Assembly: GCF_006345805.1 (NCBI RefSeq)
Contig: NC_043002.1
Coordinates: 99,572,001 to 99,636,000 of the forward strand
DNA length: 64,000 nt
Direction: 5' to 3'
From: Octopus sinensis
Taxonomy: Eukaryota
The notes beneath the pieces were generated by a model that worked only from the letters and a program-made list of their open reading frames with translations, did no database searches and had not been told where the DNA came from. Positions 27,418 to 41,587 of this stretch are shown here, in pieces (positions within the stretch are counted from its first letter, which is position 1; every line of letters starts with the position of its first letter). Made by a program: the position numbers and the translations under genes.

Positions 27418-28841
27418 TCTGTGTGTGTGTGCGTGTATGTGTGTGCGTGTGTGTGTAACATTGAAATGTATGGAGCATGTGAGTGACGAGTGCTCAAAGC
27501 ATTTTTGAGATTGTGTGGCTTATTGAAACTGAATTTAGGAAGTATGGCATTATTACAGCACGAGGCATTGTGCCGGGAATACATCACAGCCTTGATAGTA
27601 TATTTATATTAGTTGATGTGGGTGTGGTCTAATATGTGTTCGTTCCTTGGTTTGCTTTTGCGAATTGGTCTTCGTATTTTATGATGTAGGTTTTTTTCAT
27701 TGCCTTAATCAGTAGATTAATGTATTTTTCAAGTTAAGACAGTATTTATGTATTTTTCAAGTTAAGAAGTTATTTTCATATGGGAATATAGTGATGATAT
27801 AGTATTTGCATTTTATCATGCGATATTTTAAGTTGATCGACAGAACGTTTAACTATGAACCTAATTAAGACGGTTTAAGATGATTTATGTTTGGATGATG
27901 TGAGAGCACATCTTAAAAAGTGTTGGCGCTTATTTCAATAGGAGCGTGTACTATGTTCTATATATACATATATACATGCATTCACACACACACACACACA
28001 TACTGGCACTGAAAACACTTTGTTGAACGCAGAGAGTTTTGAGGTCTGAATTTTCTTTATTCGACAGTAATATTCTTTAGTGACACGTGTTTTGTTACAG
28101 GTGCTGACGTAAGATATGTATATATGTATGTAATCAACGAGCTATCAAGCTTATTCTGAATGGAACATTTAAAATATCTTTATGATATTCTTTCACTAAA
28201 TGCTCATCAATTCTTTATGCACTGATATTAAATGGTACATATAGAAGATATGCCTTTATTCCATACTGATTTTGAAAACTTTTGGAAGATGTTCTATCAA
28301 GACTTGGCTTTCTATATTTTATTATAATTTGCATAAAGAGTAAATCTAAACATTAATGATAATCTTATCTCCATAATAATTAGTGAACACATGGTGCAAT
28401 TTTATATCTTTAACCTTAAACGTTTCCTTTAAGTTTCCTGAAATTTGCCGGATTTAAATCATTGTTAATTAAACCGTTTCTCTCTTTCCCTTCATTTTGG
28501 TATTCTCCTGCTGTGACAGTGTTCATTAAGTACGCCATTGATTTTCCCAATATATCTAATGAACTTTATCACACTCAGTTCTCTGAACAATCGGGAGCAT
28601 TTGATTATAGCCAAGTTTAGGCTACACATCCCTTATTTGCCTTCAGTCAAATATTACATTAAGTGAAGTTAATTTGATAATGCTTTGCCAATTAACTTGA
28701 ATTACTACAGTTGCATCATTAACGACTAGCTGATATACACAGCTCCTAAAATACTTTCTAAGTGATTATATGTTATGCGTATCTTGATATATTCTATATC
28801 ATTCTATGAACTTGGGAATAATGAATTGTTATAAACACTGT

Positions 28842-28992
28842 GTTGCCTCATTAAATATATGAATGTATTTAGACATACATCATTTCGAATTCTAAAATAT
28901 AACTGATTCTGTTTTCATGGGTTGCCTCATTAAATATATGAATGTATTTAGACATACATCATTTCGAATTCTAAAATATAACTGATTCTGTT
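28842..28992. repeat. Local tandem duplication, period 79 bp
   Basis: gttgcctcattaaatatatgaatg..actgattctgtt occurs at 28842 and 28921. Confidence 0.9.
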
Positions 28993-30319
28993 CCGTGTTT
29001 CCAACAACCCATAAAGTGTGGACATCCTTCACGATACCCTGTTTTTTTAGTTTCCGTCGGTAGTTGCGTTCTCTGGCGATTGCACATACACATATGCGTG
29101 TGAATATCTTTCCTCTTTTACTTGTTTTAGTCATATAACTGCGGCCATGCTGGGGCAACGTCCTGAAAATGTTTTACCACACAGCCACATACATACACAC
29201 ACATGCATACACAGACATCTATAATCGGCCAAATGATTCGCCTTCAGTAGTTTATGGAACGGACGTAAAGTTAGAAGTGAATAGTAAAATGCACAGTATA
29301 TTTAAAGGAATCAAAGAAAAGGTAGTTTGTCACGAGGACTCATTCAGATCGAGTTCATTACTATAAGAGAGATATCATTAGGAAAATAACTGTAATAATT
29401 TATTAAAACAAAGCGATTAAGAGATACATATATGTTTATGAGAATATTGGTTTAAATCTTATAAAAGCAAAACATTATATTTTTTGAATAAATACAAAAA
29501 TCTTTAAAGTTTTACAAAAATACTCTTAAAAATATTTAATTTCTAATCGCATAACCTATTTAACTCACTGTCATATCTATGCTCTTTATCGATCTTTACT
29601 TCCATATGGCCTGAGTGTAAAATACCTTGTGTGCTTCACGAGGCGATGCTGAAAGGTCCTTGGCTTTGAGTAAAAGAATATACAGAAGGACTAGTTATGA
29701 TTTTATTCAACATATTCCCTTCTCAGATTCACACACTCCAATGGCTCTTCAGTATTTCTAAGCCCTGTAAAAGAACCTGGAATGTTCGGCCTCCAACTAG
29801 GCCTTTTGCGACCCAGGTGCCACTGTTGATAATATATTTTCATATAAACCTGATCACTTGCAAAATACACAAAAGTTGCCCAGAGGAATGCTGTTAGGGA
29901 AAAACAATTAAAAGAAAAATGTTGCTTTTGTTTTCTGCTTTTAACGAAAATTTAGAATTCATTTTGTGAACACATTTCTGTGAACACATGCATAAGCATA
30001 AATGTGTATAGGAACGTGCGAACGCCTGAGTAAAAATTTTAGGCAATGTATAGGGTGCATGCCTGTATATATACAAAACACTTTTCTGCATAACAGTGTA
30101 ATACAAAGCAGATTTTCATTCTAGTCAAAATACATTTAATTTTGTGATATGGTAACCGTACAACCGTTGTTAATGCTATGTTCTAAAATGAGCTTCTAGA
30201 ATTGAATTGTATGTTGTCCAGTAGAATTTCATCAAAAATAACGAATGTTTGCTTAATATTATCAAAGATAGTGCTTTTGTGTTGTTGTTAGGAACCAAAT
30301 TGTCATTTTTATTAGATAA

Positions 30320-30713
30320 CTAGCAGTATCGCCCGGCGTTGCTCGGGTTTGTAAGGGAAATAACTATATAAGCATTTTTAGAGAGTTATAGCCAAAAAAA
30401 TAGCAAAAAAATGCATTAAAAATGGAAAAAAAATGATGGTAATTTTTTTTTTAAATCGTTGACTCATCGTAGACATTTTTAGAGAGTTACTTCCCTTAGC
30501 GAAAAAATGCATTAAAATGGAAAAAATGATGGTAAATTATTTTTAAAATCGTAGACTCATCGTAGACGCACGCTGATACCCAGAAGGGCCCGATATGAAT
30601 CCCGACTATAAGATACCCGCTTTTGGTTACACTGCACCGCAAAATGTGGGAGTAGTTAGGAATCTAAATCGTAGGCGACAGACACCACACAACTTCAGTT
30701 TTATATATAAAGA
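30320..30713 (-). mobile_element. Non-autonomous Helitron, family A
   Basis: On the minus strand: A|TC 5' end, subterminal hairpin cccgagcaacgccggg, CTAG|T 3' end. Near-identical to 43902-44286. Confidence 0.85.
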
Positions 30714-31002
30714 TGATTTCAGTGAATCTGTTCATGGAGGCAGTGCAAGATTAGCGCTAGCAATTCATAGGTGGGAACAGTTACAGAGTAACGAAGTTTT
30801 TTTTTTCTATAAGAAGTAAATATTAGTAACAGCGACACCAAAGAGATCGTTAGTGTTCATGAGAAAAATCGTGGGGCACATAACCGAACCTTGGATCATT
30901 TACTGTAATTTAGCATTAGGCAGGCAAGATGTAATACGTAGATTCTGAGAAAATGATGAAGTCTATATGCGGAGACTTATCTTCAATATTCCTGTTGTCA
31001 CA

Positions 31003-31188
31003 GGCAGCGAGCTGGCAGAAACGTTAGCACGCTGGGTGAAATACTTGGCAATATTTCGTGTGACTTTACATTCTGTGTTCAAATTCCACCGAGGTCGATT
31101 TTGCCTTTCATCATTTTGGAGTCGATAAATTAAGTATCATTTGCGAGTTGCGGTCAATCTAATTGACTGGCCCTCTTCCCCAAAACTC
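31003..31188 (+). mobile_element. MetaSINE-like SINE, old
   Basis: aggcagcgagctggcagaaacgttagcac head and gcctttcatcattttggagtcgataaattaagta. Confidence 0.8.
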
Positions 31189-31189
31189 C

Positions 31190-31425
31190 CTTCTTGATGT
31201 TTTCATTGATTATATATTTGCAGCTTTCCACCCATCTGACCAAACAATTATCATTTTCCGATTCCACGCGTATGTATTTGTATTATTGTTTCGTGAATGA
31301 ATTTGCTTGCTCCTTCTATTATCTGTCCTATGTTTTGATTTCATTTTTCGTCTGAGAGTAATTAGGGATTGTAATGGATACACTGAATATCCCCACTCCC
31401 GGGTATTACCGGGTACCTCAGCTAG
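31190..31425 (+). mobile_element. Non-autonomous Helitron family B, 3' fragment
   Basis: Hairpin cccgggtattaccggg followed by CTAG|T at 31422-31426; homologous in inverted orientation to 36391-36640. Confidence 0.7.
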
Positions 31426-34400
31426 TAGTAACCTTAATAATTATTGAATTTCAAATGGTAGAATCTCGTATTTCGTTTCGTTCTTCAGAATATTTGCGAT
31501 CGCATTTGTTCATACGTGTGTTTGCGTAAATCACCTCAGTAGTGTATATGCCGATTCAGTTTACAGTTAGCTTGTGATTACGTGGAAGTTCAGTATATAT
31601 TTTGGATTAGTGAGAATCGAAAGGAAATCTTAAGTTGTCGACAATGTAGTGACAATCGGAGCCTCTTTATTAATTTAGCTCTCCTCAAGAACGAACATTC
31701 TAACGTTGTTTCTATTCAACGAATGATGGAGAAAATTTTAATTTGTTGTTCTTCCCGTTGCCTGGAATGTATAAGGAAGGGGAGGATACGATGAAACTTT
31801 ATTGTTAAGGTTTCCACTCTTCACAGTAATCAAATTTATCTACATTCTCTAAACATTGTTTACGATTGCTAATGATGCGTATCGTCTTTCATTTCCCCAA
31901 ACTTTGGCATTATCCTGGCTATCTTATTAACACCAGGTCTTAACACAAGATGATACCTCTCAATATACAGTATACCACCCTTCAAGATATTAGGTGCTAG
32001 CCATAGTTAAATAAAGTATAACAATTTTAATTACATATATATTATTGAGTCAAACATGGGAAGAAATGTAGGTTCCTATTAAATCGAGAAAACTTTGTTT
32101 TTTCTGACTTCCATTTAAAACTAATTCATTGCGAGTTTCTTGCGTATTGCATTTGGAGAAATAGAGTGTGAGTCGAATTTACTTAGTTACAGTCTGTGAA
32201 TTATTTCCATTTCTTCACAGTCGACTCTAGTTTCATCAAATAGAAGAAAAACTCGAGCCAAGTACTTAATTGTATATTTCATCTACATATATGCAAAATT
32301 GCACTAAATTAAGATATTTATATAGTCAGATCGATGGACGAAATTTTCTCAATTATATTTGATGCCTATTTCTAGACTCGGAGAAAGTTTCCCTGTAAGA
32401 CCGCTATCATTACTTTCTCTATGTTTTGAATCAAGCCGTAGATACACGACTATTATAACAGTTACTCTAAAAGTTTAGTTAGTGACATCGACCTTAGTCA
32501 TATACAGAGATAGTAAATTAATTTACCTTTGAGTTTGTCGATAGAAATTATAATTAATTGTATCGACCCATGCACACAATTGGTATTTAGCATATCGAAC
32601 CGCTGTGGTCAAACAAGACTCTTCTCTAAGAGGAATATGAACATTCATCAACATTGATGAAACCAAATATTGTTAACTATTTAGTATAGTCACTTAAGAG
32701 ATACAAAAACAAATAAATCTGTGTAACGATATGATTTTTGTGGGCATAAAATTAGATATCTATAGAAAGAGGTATACAGTTATATGGCCTTTGCAGCAAA
32801 ATGTATGTAAAAATTGCTTATGCTTTATTGTATGGCGGTTACCAGATTAGTTACGTAATTGTGAAAAGTAATTAGAGAAGAAAGTACTCGAAAAGAAACG
32901 AGTCAGTTATTAGCTAATGAACTGCAATTTATTTTATAAACGAGAATAAAATGTATTCTGAAACAGGCCGAAAGAGGAAAACTGTGATAGTTCTAAATAA
33001 GAACTATTTTTTGCATTTGTGCACCTATAAAGAGTAAAACAGTTATATAAAATCCTTGCATTTATGGAGCCATAAAGAATAAAACGTTTATATAAAAGGG
33101 TAGGTGTTAAAAATAAAATTACCAAACGATTCCTTCCAATATATCATTTTCCCGAATATAATTTGAGCAGAATTATTCACCACAGATAAGTTTGAAAATT
33201 TCCTGCTAAAGAACGTACTGAATTATATTAAAACTTTGACATTCGCTGTATGTTTTTTGACTCGTGTATATCGGACGTAAGCGCAACATAAAGTTTCCCC
33301 ATGGGAAATGTTCATTTATTAAAAGCAAGAGAAAGGGAACCACTGGCAAGTATCTTGCAATGGGGCAATACAATTTCAGCATTATAAAAGACAGGGACAA
33401 CTGTGTTTTGTCAAGCATTCAATGTAAATATAGCGATTAATTATTCATATGCGCACACGTTTATGTATATAAATCCTTGCAGCTTCATTAATCTGCTTTT
33501 CATACCAGCTCAAATTGTCGATTACCCTTCACAATAGTGCATATTATTGAGTTACGGTGTGTATATATGTGAGTAAATATTAGAATGTAGTTAGCGTGCG
33601 AAGTGTTGGGCGAGAAAGACATATCAAATGTATGTTGCACGCGGGTTTATAAATGCGTGTGTTTCTATCAGGATCGCACACCCAATACCATTTATGATTC
33701 TTGCTTTCCTTCCATTATTTATTAGATACACTTCCTATACATATTAAATTTCTTAAACACAATCACATTTAATATTGTGGGCTTGCTCATATTACCGGTT
33801 GCTCATTCAGATAAAGTATATCATCCAGTGATTTCAATTCTATCTAAGCAATTACACTTTGGCTATCAAAATGTTTATTTCATTTGTGATACTTTCTGGA
33901 TTCTGATGCCTACACGAACCAATCATTCTCTTCATTTTCCGTGCACAGATTAAATAATAATTAACCCATACTCAGCATTGAATAATTTCAATAAATAAAT
34001 AATGATAGCTTGATATATACCCCGTCACACGATATTAATTTTAACAATTCATTCATGATCCATATGTTTAAGAAAATACGATTTTGAAATATAAGAGTAA
34101 TTACTAAATATCATTTAGAAATACTATTATAAATAGCAAGTTCCATAAAGCAAACCCACGTTCTCATCTGCAATGATATAGTTTAAATAACAATATAAGA
34201 ACTCCATAAATACAAAACAAAATCTTATATTATCTTTTAGCCTAATTTCATTCGCAAACATTATCTCTAAAAAAGCGCTGGAAGTAACTCCAGGATAAAC
34301 CAGTTTGAGATAACTACAATGTAAATCATAAACAAATCAATAATTCTACTTTGTGTGAAATTTATTTCATGCTGAAAATATTATTTAGGGAAATGTTTGC

Positions 34401-34609
34401 AAATAATGTTTAGGAATCGCTTGAAAATAACCGGTGAGGGAGTACTTACATCGAAAATAAATAAAAAAAAAAGGCCTAAATCCTTTTAGCGTTTGTTACA
34501 TATAAATATATTATGCGGCTTCACTAGCGGAATTAATGTGTTGCGTGGTGCAACCTACATACATAAAATTCTAATGCATGTGTTTCCATATATGAAATGT
34601 AGAAAAAGG

Positions 34610-34674
<65 letters not shown>

Positions 34675-34944
34675 ATTGTCGAAAAAACAGCTTCATATAA
34701 ATAGTGGGGAAAACCAGCCGAACCAGGAAATATTTTGGTCGTTCATGAAATAAACACGTAGTATCAACGATTACGAAATACAATTTAAACTTCTGATTGT
34801 ATAGAGTTAGCTGTATTTTCGCAGTTTTAAGCGAATTTTCTCCTTTTAAAATGATTTCATTGAATTTGAACTACGATTAGAATTGTTCCGACTATTAGCT
34901 TCATTTTTAAGGTAACTTATTTTTTTATATTTACATCTACAATA

Positions 34945-35342
34945 AGGCGGCGAGCCGGCAGAAACGTTAGCACGCCGGGCGAAATGCTTAGCGGTATTTC
35001 GTCTGCCGTTACGTTTTGAGTTTAAATTCCGTCGAGGTCGACTTTGCCTTTCATCCTTTCGAGGTCGATAAATTAAGAACCAGTTACGCACTGGAGTCGA
35101 TGTAATCGACTTAATCCGTTTGTCTGTCCTTGTTTTTCCCCTCTGTGTTTAGCCCCTTGTGGGTAGTAAAGAAATAGGATTTCGTTCGCTCTTTCGTACT
35201 GAGTTCAAATACCCCTGAGGTCGACATTGTTTTTATCCTATCGCGAGCGACAATTTAGGAACCAACCGAGCACTGGGATCGATGAAATCGATTTACCCCT
35301 CCCCCGGAAATTGCTGGCGTTGTGCCAAATCTGAAATTAATG
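34945..35342 (+). mobile_element. Composite MetaSINE: young copy 34945-35176 plus older headless body and tail
   Basis: Two Meta-like domains; 15-bp TSD tttacatctacaata at 34930-34944 and 35343-35357 flanks the whole unit. Confidence 0.88.
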
Positions 35343-36164
35343 TTTACATCTACAATACATTTTGACCAATTTGATCTGCAATATTCATCAGGTAGTTTAT
35401 TGCCGATGGTTTATTGTCCATAAGGCAACAGAATCTAGTCCAGGAAGAGATTTTAATATTTAAAGTAAGGAACGTTGATATAATTGAATAGAGTTTACCA
35501 TAAACTTTTTAACCTTATGAACAGTAATTCATCTGAGTTTTAGGCATTCAATGTAATATAGTATTTGGCACGTCTTATAGTTGACTTCCACTGCTCGAAT
35601 ATTGACTAAATTATAAACTTTCTTTGTATTTGACGTAACAATATAACTTGCGTAGACAGTTCAAAAAGAATTGCTGAATAAAAGTAAATCTGTCCAAATC
35701 TGGTGTTTACGAGAATCATTCTATAACTCTTACAATAATCGGAAATTAATAATCTGCTATATTTCACAAAAGAAGAAGAGAAAATACATATTCTGAATTA
35801 ATACAAGGGATATTGTACAATTGTGTTTCCGACGAATAGCAAATAAACTGATTTCAGCATGTCCACTTCTTTCATATCAAATATTCAGAAAGATATGTAA
35901 TGATAGCAGAAGAATCTCACAAAGATGTTTCAACCTTACCTCGGATATGCAACAGGAAAGTCAATCTTTCTTAACGTTTTTGAGCTTTCAACTTCCAATT
36001 TAACTGTTATGTTTTTTTAATAAAACGTCACCTTTCTACAACATACAATTACATTCATTTATTCTGTCTTTTCTTCTCTTTGTTTCCCCTATATATATAT
36101 ATATATACAAGGCTCAAATTTATAAAGCAAAAGAAGTAAGTAAATATATGTATATATATATATA

Positions 36165-36385
36165 TATAAACATATATAAGTCGCCATGATAGATCGTTAG
36201 CCACTACACACATTTTTTCTCTCCTTGTTTCTCTCCTTGTTTTTTCTGTGTCTCTTCCTTCAGAAGAGCGTAGGCTCGAAACGTAAGAGACGTTTTCCAT
36301 TCCTGAGCGTTATGCTAATACATCTGTTTGTTTTGTACACCACATGTCTTCGTCTTTTGTTTTTTTCGTAAACTCTCATATATAT
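36165..36385 (+). mobile_element. Short TA-flanked repeat with decayed hammerhead-like motif, possibly Penelope-derived
   Basis: gag-cgtagg-ctc-GAAAC-gt at about 36264-36282; the upstream core is mutated; (TA)n on both sides. Confidence 0.45.
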
Positions 36386-36390
36386 GTACG

Positions 36391-37349
36391 CTAGTTGAGG
36401 TACCCGGTAATACCTAGAGGCGGGAATAATCACAGTACCCATTGCAATCCCTAATTTCTCTCAGACGAAAAATAAAACCAAGGCATAAGACAGATAATAG
36501 AAGGAGTAAGCAAATTCACTCACGAAACAATAATACAAATAAATACCTGTGAAATCGAAATTGACAATCGTTTGATCAGTGGAAGCTGCAAATGTATAAT
36601 CAATGGAAACATCAAGAAGCGAATTGTAAAGGAGAGTTATAAAAAAAAGAACATGAATGTTTGAAAAGTAAACAAAAAAATTATTTTGAGAAAACGCCCA
36701 TAATTTGACGACTGTATTTCATTGGTATAGTTCCGTTGATCGTGACAATCAAATATCGATGGCAACGATTAGAATCAACAATTTTAAGTGCAGTTGTTAA
36801 GTAAATACATGCTACATATTTTAGCAAAAAAAATTTAGGATCGATAATTTTAAGTTCAGGTCTTAAGAAAATACGTTACGTATTTTAGCACACAACGCTG
36901 CAACATTTAGAATCGACAATTTTAAGTGCATGTGTTAAGAAAATACATGTTACAGCAAAATGAGAATGTTGAAATAATTGTTGAACATTTTAACCCTACA
37001 ACAATTTAGGCCCAACTTTCGTTAATCAGTTAATCAGAAATCATCGTACGCTTTGCTTTAGCGGCCTAGGTAAAAATGTGTTTGTTTCAACCCATCCTTA
37101 GCGCCTATTCCATCTGTGTATAAAATGTCAAGAAAGGCGGTTGAAAACATTAAAAGTTATGGCAGAAAATATCATTCATTTGAGAATTTGCATTGAAACA
37201 ACCGTTTGATTTTTGAAAAATCAATGCTGATTAAAATTATCGATTTTTTTTTTAATTCCAAGTCCCTAAGAGGGAATAAGTCCTCCACACGTGTCAAGTT
37301 TCAGGAAGGTCTGTTGTATAGTCTCGGTGGAGTTAAAATAACATAGTCA

Positions 37350-37385
<36 letters not shown>

Positions 37386-37420
37386 TGTCGATAAGAAATC
37401 CTGACGTTCTTAAGTAAGTT
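36391..37420 (-). mobile_element. Non-autonomous Helitron family B, longer copy with internal minisatellite and (CA)n
   Basis: 3' CTAG at 36391-36394 with a hairpin remnant; three roughly 60-bp repeats (aatcgacaattttaagtgca..) at 36770-36950; (CA)n near the inferred 5' end. The 5' boundary is uncertain. Confidence 0.55.
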
Positions 37421-38904
37421 GAGGTCCACATGAGAATATCCCCTGTCTTAAAAGACTGATATAAGATTCGGAACATTCTTTAAGAGTTAAGGTTAACGCA
37501 TATCTGAAAGTCTATAAGGATAAGGTTAACGCAAATCTGAACTCCAAAAGTATTCACAAGTGAAGAGGGAGTATACTGAAAAGTTAAACCTTGTATATGA
37601 GTAATAGTTTGTTTAAATGTCGTTTGATTTTCAGTATGTCTATGGTTATGCATGAAATACTGAACATGAAATACTGAATGCTTGAGAAATAAAATGCACT
37701 TACCTATTTAAAACCTGAAACGCTGGGGAATGAAATCAAGGAATTGAAACAATGAGTTTTAGAAAGTGAAAAAGATTCGTATTGAAATACAGAATTAGCA
37801 AACACAAACATCTGCAATCAGACAGAAATGACCATTTATGTATATAGATAATTTAAATTTCCGACACATACACATATGTATACGTACACACATACGTAAT
37901 ACATAGAAAGGCATGCATACATATGCGTGCGCACACACATACACAGTTTTATTCTTTACTGTACACCATTTCCACAAACAATAAGAGCAGATATATCTTT
38001 CATCAGATCTGTTGTTTTCTTTATTACTCTTTCAAGAAAGAAAGTACTGCAAAAGCGAGAATGATAATAATTTTCTTCGACATTTATCTTCTATTTAAGA
38101 CAAAAATGTTATGATTTGAAATATACTCCGAATGAGAGATAAAAGTAGAATCTACTTTGAAATAGAATTATATCCAGAATTTTTGTGCATAACTGAGCAC
38201 ATGAAAGGAACCTATAGCATAAGCATGTCGACAGATAGAAACAAATTTTGTGAAAAATTGGAATTAGCGCACTTAAGAGATATATTCTAAATGATATATA
38301 TATATATATATATATCTTTGAAATTTTAGTTCTGTTTATTTTTTGAATAGTAAATTCTTTTTACAGACATCCTTCTTAATTACAAGAGTAAAACACACTG
38401 TAGTCTGAAAATAGATATAGTTTCACTCATTTTCAGTTTTACCATCACTACTTAGGGAAATAGCATTCACATTCTATCAGTTCTTCTAATGATTTTGTAC
38501 AAAGAAGAAAGAGGAAAACACTTTACACATACCTTGGTAGTAAAACATATGAAATTGTTTGCATTTTCAGTTCTTCACATTCAAACTTCCTTACACCACT
38601 ACAGTCCACCGAACAATAAGCAATTCAGAAGTTCAATTTATTTTGATAATTGAATCTATAAAATGATTGTTGCTAGGCAGAAGAAAATAATTTCACGAAA
38701 TAAAACATATTGCTATGAATTCGATTAAAAGGTAGCTCGATTTATCTGTTTCGGTTATTTGCATTCTGTGCTCACAATTGCAGAAGTCATATTTGACATA
38801 CATTCTTCTAGAATCAACAGAATGATGCACTGGTCAAACACTGAAATCAACTCTTCTATCTCTCTTTCTCGTGTATTTATATATACCCTTTATATTTAGA
38901 TTAT

Positions 38905-39078
38905 TTCAATCATTACAACATTCAGTCAAATGAATCGATCCCCATACTAATTTTTTTCTAAGCTTGGTATTTATTCCATAGATTTCTTTTGCCGAACCAC
39001 TAAGTTACTGGGACGCAACACCGGTTGTCATGAACTATTGGGGGACAAACAGACACACACATAAGTATATACATATGA

Positions 39079-39110
<32 letters not shown>

Positions 39111-39291
39111 GCACACACAAATATGCGACAGGCTTCTTTCGGTTTCCGTCAACCAAATTCGTTCAGAAGGCTTTGGTGAGCTCAAGACTTATAGCAGAAA
39201 GACATTTACCCAAGGTGCCACGCAGTGGGACTGAAGGCGAAACATATGGGATTGGGAACCAAGCTGGTTACCACGCAGCCACACTTGCGCC
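38905..39291 (-). mobile_element. tRNA-derived SINE family D
   Basis: Minus-strand head ggcgcaagtgtggctgcgtggtaa..ttcagtcccactgcgtggcaccttggg, central CA tract, and a tail with gccgaaccactaagttac. Confidence 0.8.
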
Positions 39292-40297
39292 TGAGATCAT
39301 ATATATACACACACACATATAAATATGTATACACACACAAACACATAAATATGTATATATACATACATACACATAAATATATATATATATTTGTATATAT
39401 ATATATTATATACACATGTTTATATAAGTGTGTGCGTATGTGTGGTTGGGTGTGTAGGTATGTGTGTGTGTGCGTGTGTAATGTTCAATCGATTAAGATA
39501 TACGAACAAATTCCTTTTTCAAATATTTACTTACCACCTACTTAAAAAAAGTTCAGCAGTTTAGAAATATATTCTTGAACATCAAGGATTAGATGTCTAA
39601 CTCACTTTTTGTTACCCTGGGGATAAACACTGGTTTCCCCTACCAATTAAGAATATAATGCTTCATTCAATATTCAGCATATAATTTTCAGCTCCAATTT
39701 CCTGTCTACACCTGGACTTTGTTGATATCCTTCTACCTAGTCTCACTCGTTTCTTCTCTTTTCATGTATGCTGGATCCACATATTAGGTCCTCGACTATC
39801 GTTTTTATATACTCTTCTGATATTTCTCACCGGAAGTTTCACCCTACCACTGTGTTTCTATGAAATTTTAACTTACAATTCTCCAGAGGGGCAATTAGAT
39901 ATATGGCTATTCATTTATCTCTAACATCGGCACAAACGTTTCTTCAGATAAGTGAACAACGAAATAATTCCATATTTTTTCTGTGGCTAAACCACAATTT
40001 GTAGTCTAAGTTTACGGTTTACAAAATAAAAAATTGAAAGACTTTATTCCTTAACGTTCTTTTTTTTTACTCAAATCTTTAACATTACAACTTTCGTTTC
40101 TGCACTTCCTAAGATAGATAAAATATTTACAAGTAATATATTCTCTTCGAATCCCTCGACTAAAGCCATAAAGGTAAACTCTAGAGCATGGCTGGCATCT
40201 TGTTTGTGTAACATTTGTATAGTTTTACATTTTTCATATCTACACAGCAGTGGTATCAATCATGTCTTTTCCCGACAGTTAAAAAAGACAGAAAATA

Positions 40298-41587
40298 CGA
40301 GGGACGTTCAATAAGTAATACCCCTGACCCACTTGCAGTTGATTGATATAGCTGAAATTTTGCATGTGCAATTATTGATATCTCTATAAATTTAGTGGCA
40401 AACTACAGCTCTGAACTAATTGTGGTTTACGATTTACAGGTGTTTGAACTGAGTCAAGTCTGAAATGGAGCCTGTTGAGTGTCGAGCAGTGATCCGGTTT
40501 TTGTATTTGAAAGAACGCACACCACGGAAGACTTTTGATGAAATGAAAGTAACTTATGGTGATGATGCCCCATCATATGACCTTGTAAAACGCTAGCATC
40601 GTGAATTCAAACATGGTCGGAACTCTGTGGAAACAGATCCCAGATCTGGTCGCCCCACTTCTGTCATTGATGAGGCATCTGTCCGTCAAGTTGAGGCTGC
40701 CATTTTGGAAGATCGACGCATAACTATTCGCCAAATAGCCCATGAGGTCAAGATTAGTACCGGGTCTGTGGAAACTATCATTCATGACCATTTGCATATG
40801 CAAAAGGTGTCTGCCAGATGGATTCCAAGGTTGCTCACACCTTTCCAGAAGCAAGAGCGCGTCGAGTGCTCGAGGATGAATTTGGAGATGTGCCAAGAAG
40901 ATGAGTCAAAATTTTTCAAAAGACTGATTACACAAGATGAAACCTGGGTCCATCACTATGATCCAGAGACCAAGGCCCAGTTAATGCAGTAGAAGCACCG
41001 TGACTCACCTCCTCCAAAGAAGGCAAGGATGAAACCCTCCGCTGGCAAGGTCATGCTCACAGTCTTCTGGGACCAGGACGGAGTAGTGATGACAGATTTC
41101 CTGGCAAAGGGTGCCACAATTACAGGAGCCTATTATGCTTCAGTTTTGAGGAAATTAAGAGAAGCTATCAAAATCACGAGGCGGGGCAAGATCAGCAAAG
41201 TCATCCTCCTCCTGTAGGACAACGCTCCGGTCCACAACTCTCGTGTCGCCAGATCAGAAGCACAGGCGTGCGGCTATGAACTCCTCCCCCCCCCCAACTC
41301 TCCTGACCTTTCACCCTCTGATTTTCACCTCTTCCAAGCCATGAAGTTGTTTTTGAAAGGAAAGCGCTTCCCAGATGATGCAGCCTTGATTTCTGAAGTC
41401 ACGTCGTGGTTGGAGGATCAAGCTGGGGTCTTCTACAAAAACGGTCTCCAGAGCTGCATCAAACAATGGGAGAAATGCGTAACTCTGGGTGGTTCCTATG
41501 TAGAAAAAGACTAAGAACTGTGCCAAGGTTCTTTGCTCTACTGCTATGGGAAGTGGGTCAGGGGCATTACTTATGGAAAGCCCCTCG
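40298..41587 (+). mobile_element. Full-length mariner (Tc1/mariner, irritans-like) DNA transposon
   Basis: About 37-bp imperfect TIRs (cgagggacgttcaataagtaatacccctgacccactt), TA TSD at 40296-40297 and 41588-41589, length 1290 bp. Confidence 0.95.
40465..41514 (+). pseudogene. Mariner transposase, single frame with three premature TAG stops
   Basis: MEPVECRAVIRFLY..PRSGRP..WIPRLLT..ITQDETWVHHY..DNAPVH..SPDLSPSDFHLF..YVEKD*. TAG stops at 40594, 40990 and 41215. Confidence 0.93.

Noticed and set aside
37488-37540. aggttaacgca(t/a)atct twice here and once at about 25438
   Set aside because: Too short to assign; most likely a local duplication plus a chance or repeat-derived match.
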